Positions 18,616 through 28,802 of a stretch of 64,000 bases of DNA are shown piece by piece (within the stretch, counting starts at the first letter, position 1; the number at the start of each line of letters is the position of its first letter). This stretch comes from a virus (taxonomy: Duplodnaviria; Caudoviricetes). The DNA is taken from IMG/VR virus record IMGVR_UViG_3300032462_000002, positions 1-64,000 of that record. One strand, 5' to 3'. The position numbers and the translations under genes were made by a program. Under the pieces are notes generated by a model. It did no database searches, was not told where the DNA came from, and saw only the letters and a list, made by a program, of their open reading frames with translations.

Positions 18616-20487
18616 TCACCACCCGAATTCACGCAAAAGTCGGTCATTGTTCCTCTGAACATTAAAAAGAACGCCAGGCAGGACAGTATCTTTATCAGGT
18701 GCTAAAAGGTCTATTTCATCATCCATGAGGAAATCTTCTGGTTTTCCTTCCATCAACTCACGTTTGATTTCTTCGTACACTTGAGCTTTTAGCGTTGCCG
18801 TAACTTCTTTCGGAACCTCTGCTCCAAATGGTATGTCTCGCAGCATGGAATCACGGACATAAAGAGCCATACACATAGACATAATAGCGTCGTCGTGCTT
18901 GCCTTTCTGAGCTTCTGCTTTTCGAGTGACAGGGTTGTACTCAAAAGTCTGGAGTTCCATGACGAACCGCATACTGTTAATTCGGACAGTTTGATTCAAT
19001 AGCCTATTTTGGAGAGATTCCAAATACAGAGATCGGTTCGCAACACCGATTTTGATACCGGGCTTCACATTGGCCGATTTAAGACTTTCATAAAAGAGAT
19101 TCTCATAAAACAAAGTAAATTGCAAATTGCTCAATACGGCACCACCTGGACCCATATTTTCGACAACAACAAGAGCATTGTTGTAATAAATGCCCACTTC
19201 GTTCATTACTTGAGCGAATTCGTGGGGAACGATAATGTTGGAATAGAACTCAGCAACTTGTTCTAAGGTTGCTGTGTCAATTACCTGGAAACAGCAGTTG
19301 TCATTATTGTTGCCTTGCCCTTCAGAAGCGTCAGCGCCAATGATGTATTCATGACCATCAATTGGCTCTTTCCAAACCCACATAGCCCCCTTGTTGTGAT
19401 CTTCACTCTCAAGCACGGCAATACGGCCTGATTTGTTGACCCATTTTGGGAACAGTTTACGACTAGGGTAATTATTTCTGGTTTGTTCTGTAAGTTGCGT
19501 AATGATTTTGGCAGAGAAGTAGGTGTCACCAGAGCCGAGAAACTCTCGCAATACTTCCTGTAAGAAGCCTTTCTCTCCAAGCTGGGCCTTTTGTTCTTTG
19601 ACCCATTCATCATCGTTGTAGTCTGGGTGTTCCCAATAGTCTAAGTCGATGACGTTGAATCTATTTTGTTTTTCTTGTGCCTCGTGATACGTTTGTTCGT
19701 ACCAATTGCCAAGACCATTGACCGTCGAAACAAGGGTGCAACCACCACCCGTCGATAGAATAGGCCACATAGCCTTCCAGTGCTTGTCCATATCATCAAT
19801 GAACGCTGCTTCGTCCACAATCAAGAACGTAACGGACTTACCACGAGCGGCTTCAGGAGAGTGAAACTTTAAGGCCGATCCCGTATCTGTGAACATTTTC
19901 ATGTGGTCATTCCACTTCCCATCTTTCTTAGGCTTTAGCCATTCAGGGAAGTTTTCAATGGAACGATCCACCATCATTCCAATATCGGTGGCGTCACGGT
20001 CGGTTCGCCCCAATATCATGATCTGTTGGTCGAGTTGGAACATGCACCGCCACATGCCCCACAAAAGAGTAACTGTGGTCAGGCCCCCTTGACGAAATTT
20101 ACTGATGATGTTAAATCGGTGGTCTTCGTATTCTTGAATGACTTTACGCTGATAGTTATAAAGAACGAACGGAATCAAACCGTCCATAGGGTGAAGAATC
20201 TTCACATATTTGTGGCAAAAATAAGCGAAGCTGTTATAACACTTGATGATTTCTTTTCTTTGGCGATCAGCGTCGTAGGCTTCAACACTCTCTATCGTCT
20301 CGTCTGGGTCGATTTCGAGTTCATATTTGTCCAGAGTGAAATAATCTGGGTCGTATTGGAGGCGGCTTTTCTTGCCCTCTCCTCGCTTCAGGATTTTTCC
20401 CCCATGTTTGTAGAAATCTTCAAGGGTTTTATGCCTTGAACGCCAGATAGAGTCACGTTTGCTCTTGAAAAACACAGGTTGATCCAT
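18616..20487 (-). CDS. terL: terminase large subunit (T4 gp17-like)
   Basis: LYNYQ, KFRQGGLTT, LIVDEAAF, STVNG, RNase H-like GADASEG, HDDAIMS. Confidence 0.93.
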   Translation of the reverse strand: MDQPVFFKSKRDSIWRSRHKTLEDFYKHGGKILKRGEGKKSRLQYDPDYFTLDKYELEIDPDETIESVEAYDADRQRKEIIKCYNSFAYFCHKYVKILHPMDGLIPFVLYNYQRKVIQEYEDHRFNIISKFRQGGLTTVTLLWGMWRCMFQLDQQIMILGRTDRDATDIGMMVDRSIENFPEWLKPKKDGKWNDHMKMFTDTGSALKFHSPEAARGKSVTFLIVDEAAFIDDMDKHWKAMWPILSTGGGCTLVSTVNGLGNWYEQTYHEAQEKQNRFNVIDLDYWEHPDYNDDEWVKEQKAQLGEKGFLQEVLREFLGSGDTYFSAKIITQLTEQTRNNYPSRKLFPKWVNKSGRIAVLESEDHNKGAMWVWKEPIDGHEYIIGADASEGQGNNNDNCCFQVIDTATLEQVAEFYSNIIVPHEFAQVMNEVGIYYNNALVVVENMGPGGAVLSNLQFTLFYENLFYESLKSANVKPGIKIGVANRSLYLESLQNRLLNQTVRINSMRFVMELQTFEYNPVTRKAEAQKGKHDDAIMSMCMALYVRDSMLRDIPFGAEVPKEVTATLKAQVYEEIKRELMEGKPEDFLMDDEIDLLAPDKDTVLPGVLFNVQRNNDRLLREFGW

Positions 20488-20581
20488 TATATTCCTTTTC
20501 TAATTAAAGCGGCGTCCAGCTTCCTTGTAGGTAGTTTGGACAGAATATATAGCCAACACGCTAATAAATCAGGGTTTTGCT

Positions 20582-21712
20582 ATGCGTAAGCTGCAACTCG
20601 TTGTCATTGCTTTGAGTATTTTTTTGCTTGCCGTCTATGTTGGCAAGCGTATGGTTGTCGTACCACCAGTTGTGCAAAAGGAATTTGTACCACCCAAAAA
20701 ACCTTTGCTGCCTCCTGAAGTCAAACCGCCGCCAAAGAAGACTTATGATGAAGCCATTGCCGATATTTCCGAGGAAGAACTTCAAAAGCACTTGGAATAT
20801 TTGTGTTCTGCGGAATTAGAAGGTCGGATGTCTGGCAAAAAAGGAAATGTTATTGCTGCCGTATATCTTAAAAAGATATACGAGAGCTTTGGACTCGACA
20901 CGAATTACCAAAAATTCAATATTCAAAGAATGAATGCCGGGCCAAAAAATGAAACAGGTGATGACTTCACACAAAACATCATTGCTTGGATCGAAGGAAC
21001 CGAAATAAAAGATGAGATCGTAGTGGTTGGCGCACACATGGACCATATTGGGTGGGGGCCATCTATGAGTCGATCAGGGGGAAGAAAAATACACCCTGGG
21101 GCCGATGACAACGCATCTGGCACTGTGGCTTTACTTCAAATCGCCAAAACCTTCGCATCTTTACGAGGACAAAATAAAAGAACTGTCGTATTCATGTCTT
21201 TTAGTGCGGAAGAAATGGGATTGATTGGATCACGATATTATTGCGACAATCCACTGTTCCCGCAGGGCAGTCCAAATATACGCAATCACATATTCATGCT
21301 CAATATGGATATGGTTGGATATTTGGGCAAGGCTCGCACCGCAGTCGCATTCAACGAGGGAGAAAGTTCTCCTGATGTGTCCAGCATCATCGGAGAGTTG
21401 AGTGGCAAATACTCATTTGCTAAAAGCATAACAGGCAGAAGTAGTGGAGGCAGCGATCATGCCAGCTTCTACAATAAGAAAGTGCCAATTGCATTCTTGC
21501 ATACTGGAATGCACGACTATTATCACACGCCGAGAGACACAGCGGATAAAATCAATTTCGCTGGCATTGAAAAAGTGGCAAAGTATGGATTTGAATTGGC
21601 TTGGAAAGTCACCAATTCTACTACAAAGCCATCGTTTAATTACGGTGCATTCAGAGAGATGGAATACACTCATGACCACGGACACAAAGATACACCCTTT
21701 CACAAGGAATGA
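20582..21712 (+). CDS. membrane-anchored M28 family aminopeptidase
   Basis: N-terminal TM; GAHMDH, GADDNASG, SAEEMGL, NMDMVG, SDHASF, YH. Confidence 0.9.
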   Translation: MRKLQLVVIALSIFLLAVYVGKRMVVVPPVVQKEFVPPKKPLLPPEVKPPPKKTYDEAIADISEEELQKHLEYLCSAELEGRMSGKKGNVIAAVYLKKIYESFGLDTNYQKFNIQRMNAGPKNETGDDFTQNIIAWIEGTEIKDEIVVVGAHMDHIGWGPSMSRSGGRKIHPGADDNASGTVALLQIAKTFASLRGQNKRTVVFMSFSAEEMGLIGSRYYCDNPLFPQGSPNIRNHIFMLNMDMVGYLGKARTAVAFNEGESSPDVSSIIGELSGKYSFAKSITGRSSGGSDHASFYNKKVPIAFLHTGMHDYYHTPRDTADKINFAGIEKVAKYGFELAWKVTNSTTKPSFNYGAFREMEYTHDHGHKDTPFHKE

Positions 21713-22149
21713 TTGAAATGATGACGAAAGAAAAGCTAATCCAATTGTTGAATTGCGATCTTAAAAACGAATGGAAACATTTACGTTTTTACTTGTACCA
21801 TGCCAGCGCCGTAACTGGATTGCATTGCGCCGAATACAAGGAACTGTTTCTCAAAGAGGCAGCATCAGAAATGCTGCATGTCACACAATTCTCAGACGTT
21901 ATCATTGGATTAGGTGGAGTTGCCACTTTTGAGTCGAATGAATTTGGGAAATTCTCTGATCCTAAAGACATCATGGAATACGCAGTGACGATGGAAGATG
22001 ATGTCGTCAAGAATTATGTTCAAAGAATGAAAGATGCCGATGATTTGGGCGGCGTCGATGGAACTTGGCTTGAAATCTTCCTCGAAGGACAAGTTCAAGC
22101 CAGTCGTGAAGACCTGGATCACTTCAAGCAAATCGTGCGTGGACTCTAA
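21709..22149 (+). CDS. ferritin-like (bacterioferritin/Dps-type) protein
   Basis: NE..Y, E.LH, ME..VV..Y, E..DH di-iron spacing. Confidence 0.75.
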   Translation: MIEMMTKEKLIQLLNCDLKNEWKHLRFYLYHASAVTGLHCAEYKELFLKEAASEMLHVTQFSDVIIGLGGVATFESNEFGKFSDPKDIMEYAVTMEDDVVKNYVQRMKDADDLGGVDGTWLEIFLEGQVQASREDLDHFKQIVRGL

Positions 22150-22289
22150 AAACAAAGTATAAAAATGCCCACGGAAATATTGTTCAAAGTTCCGTTGACC
22201 GACAATCGGTTTTCAAATAAACTATTGAGTAATTCCAAATATGCGGCAGAACTGCTCAACTAAATTCTGAAGAAGTGAGAGGAAACAAG

Positions 22290-22592
22290 ATGAAGTACGA
22301 AATCGTAAAAAACATGCCTGTTGCTCGTTTCTGGTATAAGGGTACACATACTCATCCAGTGCGAAGAACCATCCTGATTATTGAACAAACCAGGGATTTA
22401 ATACGTGGATATGAACTCCGGGAAGGTCGAGTCATCAGAACTGCGGGAAAAGCACCTGTAAAGACCTACAGGCGTGACCGTATTGCCAAGGGCGTGTCTC
22501 TCCGAACGGATAGCCCTATTAGGAAGCTGAACCCTAACAAAAGCACATTGGTTAGGAAGCCACTTCTCGATATTATCGAGACGGGTGCCTAA
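22290..22592 (+). CDS. WYL-like domain protein
   Basis: FWY..RRT..LIRGY..KTYRRDRI resembles the WYL RxFRxDRI motif. Confidence 0.45.
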   Translation: MKYEIVKNMPVARFWYKGTHTHPVRRTILIIEQTRDLIRGYELREGRVIRTAGKAPVKTYRRDRIAKGVSLRTDSPIRKLNPNKSTLVRKPLLDIIETGA

Positions 22593-22694
22593 GCCTTGCT
22601 CTTGCCCGGTAAGTTTCTCAAAAAAATACCCGTCACGCTCTAAATACAGGAGCAAGATGGGTATTTCTTTTTGAACTTGAAATGAAGGTAAACA

Positions 22695-23735
22695 ATGTCA
22701 TTCTTCCAAAATCTATTTGACGCTGAATATGAAGGCTATTGGGCGCTAGGCGACTACAAAGGGTATTCTCTTACCTTCAAAGTCCCAGCAAACAAAAATA
22801 AAGGCGAGGCATTCATTGCCTGGAACGTAGAGCCTTATGATCTATCAGCCAGCGGGAATCTAACGATCAATTTTGCCTATGATCCAGACTTCAAAAACTT
22901 TGCCTCATTAACCGTAAACGTGGCAGGTGCGACACCTGGAGCGACACTAGCATCTGAAATCAGAGATATTCTGAATAGCACGACTGGTTTTTCGGATTGG
23001 TTTGTGGCAGGAATTGATAACGCCACAAGAGGCGGCGGGGAGCGGGCTGGTGGCCCATTTCGTTTATTTATCCGTCAAAAGAAAGGCAACACCGCTTTCC
23101 GCACTTACGTCTCAAATACAGGCGCAGAACTCAAGCTCAAGTTCAATAAGTTCGCTGGCGTTGCCGATATTCCCTCTTACTTCGAGAAGGATAGCATCGC
23201 CAATCGTTTTGCTACGCCTGAATCAAACGGAAGATTGATTCGCCTTAGTCATGCAATAAGTGGAAATACCGCTGCAAATCCATCTGTGATTACATCAACT
23301 GCTCACGGCTTGACAACGAATGACGTAGTGTATTTTGTAGACTCCAACAGCACGCCAACTCTCAGTGGCTCCATAGTAGTCGCTGTAACTGGAGCAGACA
23401 CATTCACGGTGCCAGTAAACGTAACAACGGCTGGGACAACAGGTGAATGGCTGACTGCAAGTGAATATGAAATGGTGACAGATTATGGCCTAGACTATAG
23501 TGCCATGTTAGGCGATTGGGCGCATTTGCGAGGCCGGACCAGCAGCTATATGTTCACTAAGAATACGCTTGATGGATCAAGTCGCATCACAACGCAAATT
23601 GTTTGGCAGGCTGGAGCAAAGGCCGGACAATTGGCAAAGAAGATTGCCAATACTTATTCAGGTGCCAGCACAACACCAAGTACAACAATTGAATTGCCAT
23701 ATGTGTTGACGGCTAGTGACTTGATAACGCCTTAA
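22695..23735 (+). CDS. putative virion structural protein
   Basis: Thr/Gly-rich; ANPSVITSTAHGLTTNDVV module seen in tail proteins. Confidence 0.55.
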   Translation: MSFFQNLFDAEYEGYWALGDYKGYSLTFKVPANKNKGEAFIAWNVEPYDLSASGNLTINFAYDPDFKNFASLTVNVAGATPGATLASEIRDILNSTTGFSDWFVAGIDNATRGGGERAGGPFRLFIRQKKGNTAFRTYVSNTGAELKLKFNKFAGVADIPSYFEKDSIANRFATPESNGRLIRLSHAISGNTAANPSVITSTAHGLTTNDVVYFVDSNSTPTLSGSIVVAVTGADTFTVPVNVTTAGTTGEWLTASEYEMVTDYGLDYSAMLGDWAHLRGRTSSYMFTKNTLDGSSRITTQIVWQAGAKAGQLAKKIANTYSGASTTPSTTIELPYVLTASDLITP

Positions 23736-23948
23736 AGTCAGGTAAGTCCCAAGAGGCAGCAGATTTCTGAAGCTCGTACATTGATGAGCGAGAATGCGAA
23801 ACAGTTGCTATGGATGCTGGCTTGATCTTCGCAACAACAATATCGGTATAACCAAAAGGGAGATTGTGCAAAGTAATAGCACAACCTCCCCATGTTGTTG
23901 ATTCTAACAATGACCGCCAGCCTTCAATTGGCATGGTTATATCCTAGC

Positions 23949-24563
23949 TTACATAAAGAAAATTATGTATCCAAGACCTATGACCTGAGCCGCAATAACT
24001 CCCAGCAATACCTTGTCCATCATTGACATTTCGCCGGAGTCAACACGACTCGCAATCTCATCGGCCAAACCAAGACTGTTTAGGCGACCGGCAAGGCTAC
24101 CTGGGCTTGGCATGGACTGTGCGTGAATTGTTGGAGCCGCTTCCCGAACGACTTCCCGAATCGGGGCTGTCTCACGAGTTGCTTTAATAGCTGCAACAAT
24201 TGTTTCAACCATTTCATCTTTGGTGACGTGGCAATCACAGTCGTCTTGCACAGATAGTGCGGATACGCTCTTGGCAGAAGCAATGTGCTCTACCAATTGC
24301 ATTTGAACTTTGGGTTCAATAGATTCAACCCTTTGCTCTACAACATTACCTGTCATTGGATCAAGAGTTTCAACCTTACGTTCGTAAACAATAGGCTTAC
24401 TCTTTTCCACTACACGCTGCTGGAGTCTAAGCGGTCGCTCATCTTCGACGTGCAATTCGACTACTCGTTCGGACTGCCCGTTTTCAGAAGCATTTTCCGT
24501 GACCCGACGCTCGGCTCGACGGCCATCATCCAGCGTCCATTTTTCAGTTTTGAAGTCATCCAT
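23949..24563 (-). CDS. protein with C-terminal membrane anchor
   Basis: GGAG SD; hydrophobic C-terminus. Confidence 0.6.
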   Translation of the reverse strand: MDDFKTEKWTLDDGRRAERRVTENASENGQSERVVELHVEDERPLRLQQRVVEKSKPIVYERKVETLDPMTGNVVEQRVESIEPKVQMQLVEHIASAKSVSALSVQDDCDCHVTKDEMVETIVAAIKATRETAPIREVVREAAPTIHAQSMPSPGSLAGRLNSLGLADEIASRVDSGEMSMMDKVLLGVIAAQVIGLGYIIFFM

Positions 24564-24616
24564 AATTATTCTCCTGTTTATGAAGAGACGGTCTATCAGT
24601 ATGTATCCTCGTCAGA

Positions 24617-24976
24617 TCAAATTTTGAGACGTACTTTAACTTCGGATATTACTACCGTAGAACCGACTAATAGTTCCCCTGCCGTATATTCGGCAAGAGC
24701 TTTGGCTTTTTCTTTGTTTGCTGCCCGAACATCCGGGAGATTTTTATATTCAATCCCTAAACCCCGATTATATCGGACAATTACAGTCCAATCCGCCATT
24801 TGGGGGGCATTAAGCATAACTTCAGCAGCTTCAACGGCAAACTCATAACTGTCATACTCGGTTTCTTTGATGACAATTAGGTTGGACGGGACGGCTTCTT
24901 TTTTGACGATAAATTTACCATTGTACGGGTAAATCATAAATCCATTTAACAATAGATCACGCAGGATGTCGTTCAT
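24617..24976 (-). CDS. hypothetical protein
   Basis: AAGGAG SD. Confidence 0.55.
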   Translation of the reverse strand: MNDILRDLLLNGFMIYPYNGKFIVKKEAVPSNLIVIKETEYDSYEFAVEAAEVMLNAPQMADWTVIVRYNRGLGIEYKNLPDVRAANKEKAKALAEYTAGELLVGSTVVISEVKVRLKI

Positions 24977-25022
24977 AGGATTGCTCCTTTTCCGTATGTA
25001 TTCATTTCAAATATCTCTTTCG

Positions 25023-25541
25023 TTACAGTCCCCATTTTAACTTCAAGTATTCAAGTATTTCGGTTCTTTTCTTTTGATTTGACTCGATTAACTTGGCCCG
25101 ATCAATCGGACGCTGCTGTCGCTCTGATTTTCTAGCGAGAGAAGAAAGTGTTTCTATTTTATCTTCCCAGGCAGGATCAGGCGCATAGCCTTCCAATTCG
25201 CCAGCGATTTCCTTGTAAACAATTCTGCCTTCGTACCTGCAAGTGATCTCTCGCAAATGATAAGCGACTGAAATGGTTAGATTCATTCCACGAGTCAGAC
25301 CATCGAATTGTTGTCCAACTTCATAGGAATTCTGATCTTCTTCCATCATAGGAATATCATCAGCTTCAGGAATTTCATAGGGATCATCAATAAAGCTCTG
25401 CTCAAACACACGACTTCCTTGATGGAATATTGGCTGACCAACATATTTGGCGATGCTGCAAAATTTGCCCTCTAAGCCCATGTAACCTTTTTTCATGGCT
25501 TCGATGGTACGAGCTTCTTTAATCTGATGTTCTCTACTCAT
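25023..25541 (-). CDS. hypothetical protein
   Basis: GAGG SD. Confidence 0.6.
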   Translation of the reverse strand: MSREHQIKEARTIEAMKKGYMGLEGKFCSIAKYVGQPIFHQGSRVFEQSFIDDPYEIPEADDIPMMEEDQNSYEVGQQFDGLTRGMNLTISVAYHLREITCRYEGRIVYKEIAGELEGYAPDPAWEDKIETLSSLARKSERQQRPIDRAKLIESNQKKRTEILEYLKLKWGL

Positions 25542-25597
25542 GATTCATTCCTCTTTTGGATATATACCAATGTCTTTGAAAACAAAAGGAGATTGGT

Positions 25598-27328
25598 ATG
25601 CTTAAAGGAATAATCAACTGGATTAAAAATCTAGGAAAGACAGCGGACGCTGTGACTGCTCAAGCAATTATTGTCAACAGAAAATCACGTCCTGTGACGC
25701 CACAACGTCCTACAGACCCGAACACCAAGGTTTATCTAAACGACCCGATTTATCCCAATTTAGTCGTCAATGAATTAGAGCCAAGAGACACAATGTTAGC
25801 AATGCGATCTCTTGGAGAAATGGGAGGCGGGTATCCATTGGGCAGTCTTCAGCAACAAGCGCTTGCTTTGAAGATTATGGTTCACAACGCCCTGGTTTAC
25901 ATGGCAGGAAAATCTCCTAAACAAATCAAACAATGGGCAGCAGTACAATCATTGATTTTGATGCCTCGTGCTGGAAAAGACCTCAACGCCTACTATGACC
26001 GTGGTTCACTGCGATTTTTCTTCTTTGGCGATCCAAAAATGAATAAGAATGTTTTTGCTTGCGATGCACGCCCGGTTGTGGTGCATGAATTTGGACATGC
26101 GTTTCTGGATATTCTACGTCCAGATTGGTGGGACACACAAGCTGTTGAAGTCTGGGCTTTTCATGAAGCATTTGGCGACATGACAGCGACTTTGATTTCT
26201 TTGCAATACGACGCATTGATCGACCACGCCATTACAGAAACAAATGGCGACTTGATGAAATCCAACATCTTGACACGTCTCGCTGCTGAAATGGGAACAG
26301 GACTACATCACATCACAGAAGGCAAGAATGGCGAATTGCTAAACTGCCTACGAGATATGACCCAATACTTCAAATATACAGAACCAGAAAAATTACCAGG
26401 AAAAGGTCGAGATGACCAACTCCTAAGCGAGTCTCACAGCTTCAGCCGTGTATTTACAGGAGCGTTCTGGGAGATATTGGTTCGTATTGGCGTGGCTCAC
26501 ATTAACCAGGGATACGTTTTGCGTGATGGCATGAAATTGTCCAGAGACATTATTGCACATTACTTGTTAAAGGCTGTCGTTCAAGTTCCAACCACAGTTC
26601 GATTATTTGATGCAATGGCACAACAAATATTGGCAATCGACCATGCCGAGGGTGGAAAATATCAAACAATTATTCGTGAAGTGTTTTCTCAGAGAGGCAT
26701 TCTTCGTCAACAAGTCATGATGTTGGAAGATGTTGACATTGATGCTGTCCTGAAGGACATTCAGGAGCCACACGAGGTTCAAATGCACGGAGATTTGAAA
26801 ATCGTTCGCACACTTACAACCAAAACAATGAGGTTGTCGGATAAACTTGGTCCAGTAACGGCCTTGGATGCAAATCCATTGTTTGATCTGGAAATCAGCG
26901 TGCCAGATCAAACAGCATATTATTTCGACAACGATAAATTGGTAGGGGTATCAGAATCCAATGAAGGGGAAATCCTGGATGCTGCGTATGCCTGCCTACG
27001 GCTGTTAAATGATGACGATTTGGTTGGCGATCATGATTCGGCATTGTTTGAAAACAGACACGGAAAGCTAATGAGAAAGCAGATCGTTTGCACCTGTGCA
27101 AAACCGAATTATTGTGACGCAAACGCTCCTGAATATGGAAAGCCGTGGAAACCAGCAAATAACTCTGGGTGCGTGGCCTGCCATAATGACAATTGCAAGC
27201 CTAGATCATGCGATTGTGACCCTGTGCCAACAACACCGGCCCCGAAAGTTGGTTGTTACACCACGGTTAGGGCCGGAGGTCGAACAACATATAAATATGG
27301 CAGCAATGCGTCAAGAAAAGTCTGTTAA
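25598..27328 (+). CDS. M4/M36-like zinc metallopeptidase with Cys-rich C-terminus
   Basis: NAYY, VVHEFGH, AFHEAFGD, ESH; 9 Cys in the C-terminal tail. Confidence 0.8.
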   Translation: MLKGIINWIKNLGKTADAVTAQAIIVNRKSRPVTPQRPTDPNTKVYLNDPIYPNLVVNELEPRDTMLAMRSLGEMGGGYPLGSLQQQALALKIMVHNALVYMAGKSPKQIKQWAAVQSLILMPRAGKDLNAYYDRGSLRFFFFGDPKMNKNVFACDARPVVVHEFGHAFLDILRPDWWDTQAVEVWAFHEAFGDMTATLISLQYDALIDHAITETNGDLMKSNILTRLAAEMGTGLHHITEGKNGELLNCLRDMTQYFKYTEPEKLPGKGRDDQLLSESHSFSRVFTGAFWEILVRIGVAHINQGYVLRDGMKLSRDIIAHYLLKAVVQVPTTVRLFDAMAQQILAIDHAEGGKYQTIIREVFSQRGILRQQVMMLEDVDIDAVLKDIQEPHEVQMHGDLKIVRTLTTKTMRLSDKLGPVTALDANPLFDLEISVPDQTAYYFDNDKLVGVSESNEGEILDAAYACLRLLNDDDLVGDHDSALFENRHGKLMRKQIVCTCAKPNYCDANAPEYGKPWKPANNSGCVACHNDNCKPRSCDCDPVPTTPAPKVGCYTTVRAGGRTTYKYGSNASRKVC

Positions 27329-27330
27329 AC

Positions 27331-27774
27331 CTATTGACCAGATTGCCGTCTTTGTTTACGTTTTGTCGGTTTGCCTTGGTCGTCAAAGTCGATAGTGTTG
27401 GTGTTTGAGTCAATTTGACCATACACCAATTCTGTATAAGGCTTGTTGCCCATGAAGTTTATGCGAATTTTGACCTCAGTGATGTGCGGTTTTACTTGTC
27501 GGATGACGATTTTGAATTTATCACCTTCGCCAGCCACTATGTAGCGACCGCCATCTTTTGTAGGTTCATCCTTTATAATTGGGTGATCCAATTCTTTTAA
27601 GGATATTTTCGTTGCCCGATACAGAGTATGGGCTTCCTCGTTATAATATTTGTGGGCTTCACCGTCTTTCCACATGATTACGCCCGTAACAATTGGGCTG
27701 ATAATCAATGGGGCTGCGGTGCAACCTGAGAAAAATGGCAAACACAAAGACAAAAATAGCAATAGTTTTTTCAT
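27331..27774 (-). CDS. lipoprotein (DUF3568-like)
   Basis: Signal peptide with FSGC lipobox. Confidence 0.65.
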   Translation of the reverse strand: MKKLLLFLSLCLPFFSGCTAAPLIISPIVTGVIMWKDGEAHKYYNEEAHTLYRATKISLKELDHPIIKDEPTKDGGRYIVAGEGDKFKIVIRQVKPHITEVKIRINFMGNKPYTELVYGQIDSNTNTIDFDDQGKPTKRKQRRQSGQ

Positions 27775-27828
27775 AGGCTCCTCCTATGATATGTATTGCC
27801 GTCACCATCAAAAAAAGGAGAATCAACC

Positions 27829-28155
27829 ATGAGCGGCCTGTACTACAGCAATTGTGAACTCGATTTCGACACTGAAGAGGATCGCATTATCTTTGCCCAA
27901 GACGAAGATTGGGATGAAGACGAAGAAGACGAAGAAGACAATGACGACGATGATGACGATGATAACGATCTTCTTGATGACGATGATGACGATGATGACG
28001 ATGATGACGATGATGACGACGATCTTCTCGACGATGATGACGATGATGACGATCTCGACGACGATTGGGATGATGACGAAGATGACGATGACGATTGGGA
28101 CGATGACGATGACGAAGACGAAGACGACGAAGACGAAGACGAAGACGATGAGTAA
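27829..28155 (+). CDS. extremely acidic Asp-rich protein
   Basis: AAGGAG SD; long gat/gac tract. Confidence 0.75.
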   Translation: MSGLYYSNCELDFDTEEDRIIFAQDEDWDEDEEDEEDNDDDDDDDNDLLDDDDDDDDDDDDDDDDLLDDDDDDDDLDDDWDDDEDDDDDWDDDDDEDEDDEDEDEDDE

Positions 28156-28784
28156 TGACTCCTGCAATTGAATACTTAATTCGCACCGATCTCATCAAAG
28201 AGTGGCTTGTCGTTCCGTGTTCAATATTCCTCTGCAATAGAAGCGATTATCAAAAAGTAGTCGTGACTATTGCAGAGGAATTCAAGCCTAGCGACCACTA
28301 TTCGGTGAAGCATTGGCATCTCAATAGATGTTCAGAGGAACAAGCTCTGCCATTTATGGACGAATGCCGTGTATCCAAAGATTTGGTATTCAATCACTCG
28401 GCAACGATACTGCCAAATCATCTTTTGCTTACTTATCATCAAGAATCAATAGCATCACATCACAACAGCTTTCGACAGCCCATGTCTCCTGAGTTGTATG
28501 ATTATTACTTTGAAAACACGACAGAAAGCACACTTCACACCAAAAAGCGGTTAAACTGGCTTTGGAGAGAGTTTGTTCGCACCTACGCTCCTCAATTATC
28601 TTCCTGCCAAGGCTATATATCTAATGTATATCGTTCGGATGCGAGCCTTGCAGATGAGCAACGGAATCTTGTTTGCAAGTATATGAAAAGACAATGGAAG
28701 TTCTGGCTAATGTGGCAAAAGCATTTGCTATTAGCGCCTGGAGAACTTGTCTTTTATAAGGAGTATCTGAACGTAATCGACTAA
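28155..28784 (+). CDS. hypothetical protein
   Basis: TAATG coupling to the acidic gene. Confidence 0.55.
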   Translation: MTPAIEYLIRTDLIKEWLVVPCSIFLCNRSDYQKVVVTIAEEFKPSDHYSVKHWHLNRCSEEQALPFMDECRVSKDLVFNHSATILPNHLLLTYHQESIASHHNSFRQPMSPELYDYYFENTTESTLHTKKRLNWLWREFVRTYAPQLSSCQGYISNVYRSDASLADEQRNLVCKYMKRQWKFWLMWQKHLLLAPGELVFYKEYLNVID

Positions 28785-28802
28785 TGCACGAGCAGGAGGC
28801 TC

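Noticed and set aside
20070-20105. Terminase Walker A lacking GKT (KFRQGGLTT) as a sign of inactivation
   Set aside because: It matches the known deviant K-x-R-Q-x-G form with an upstream Lys; the other motifs are intact.
23713-23934. 73-aa minus-strand ORF
   Set aside because: No recognisable motif, and it overlaps a convergent gene end; it cannot be supported.
27823-28237. Ile/Val-, Met/Thr- and His/Arg-rich ORFs
   Set aside because: These are shadow frames of the gat/gac tract; only the acidic frame has an SD.
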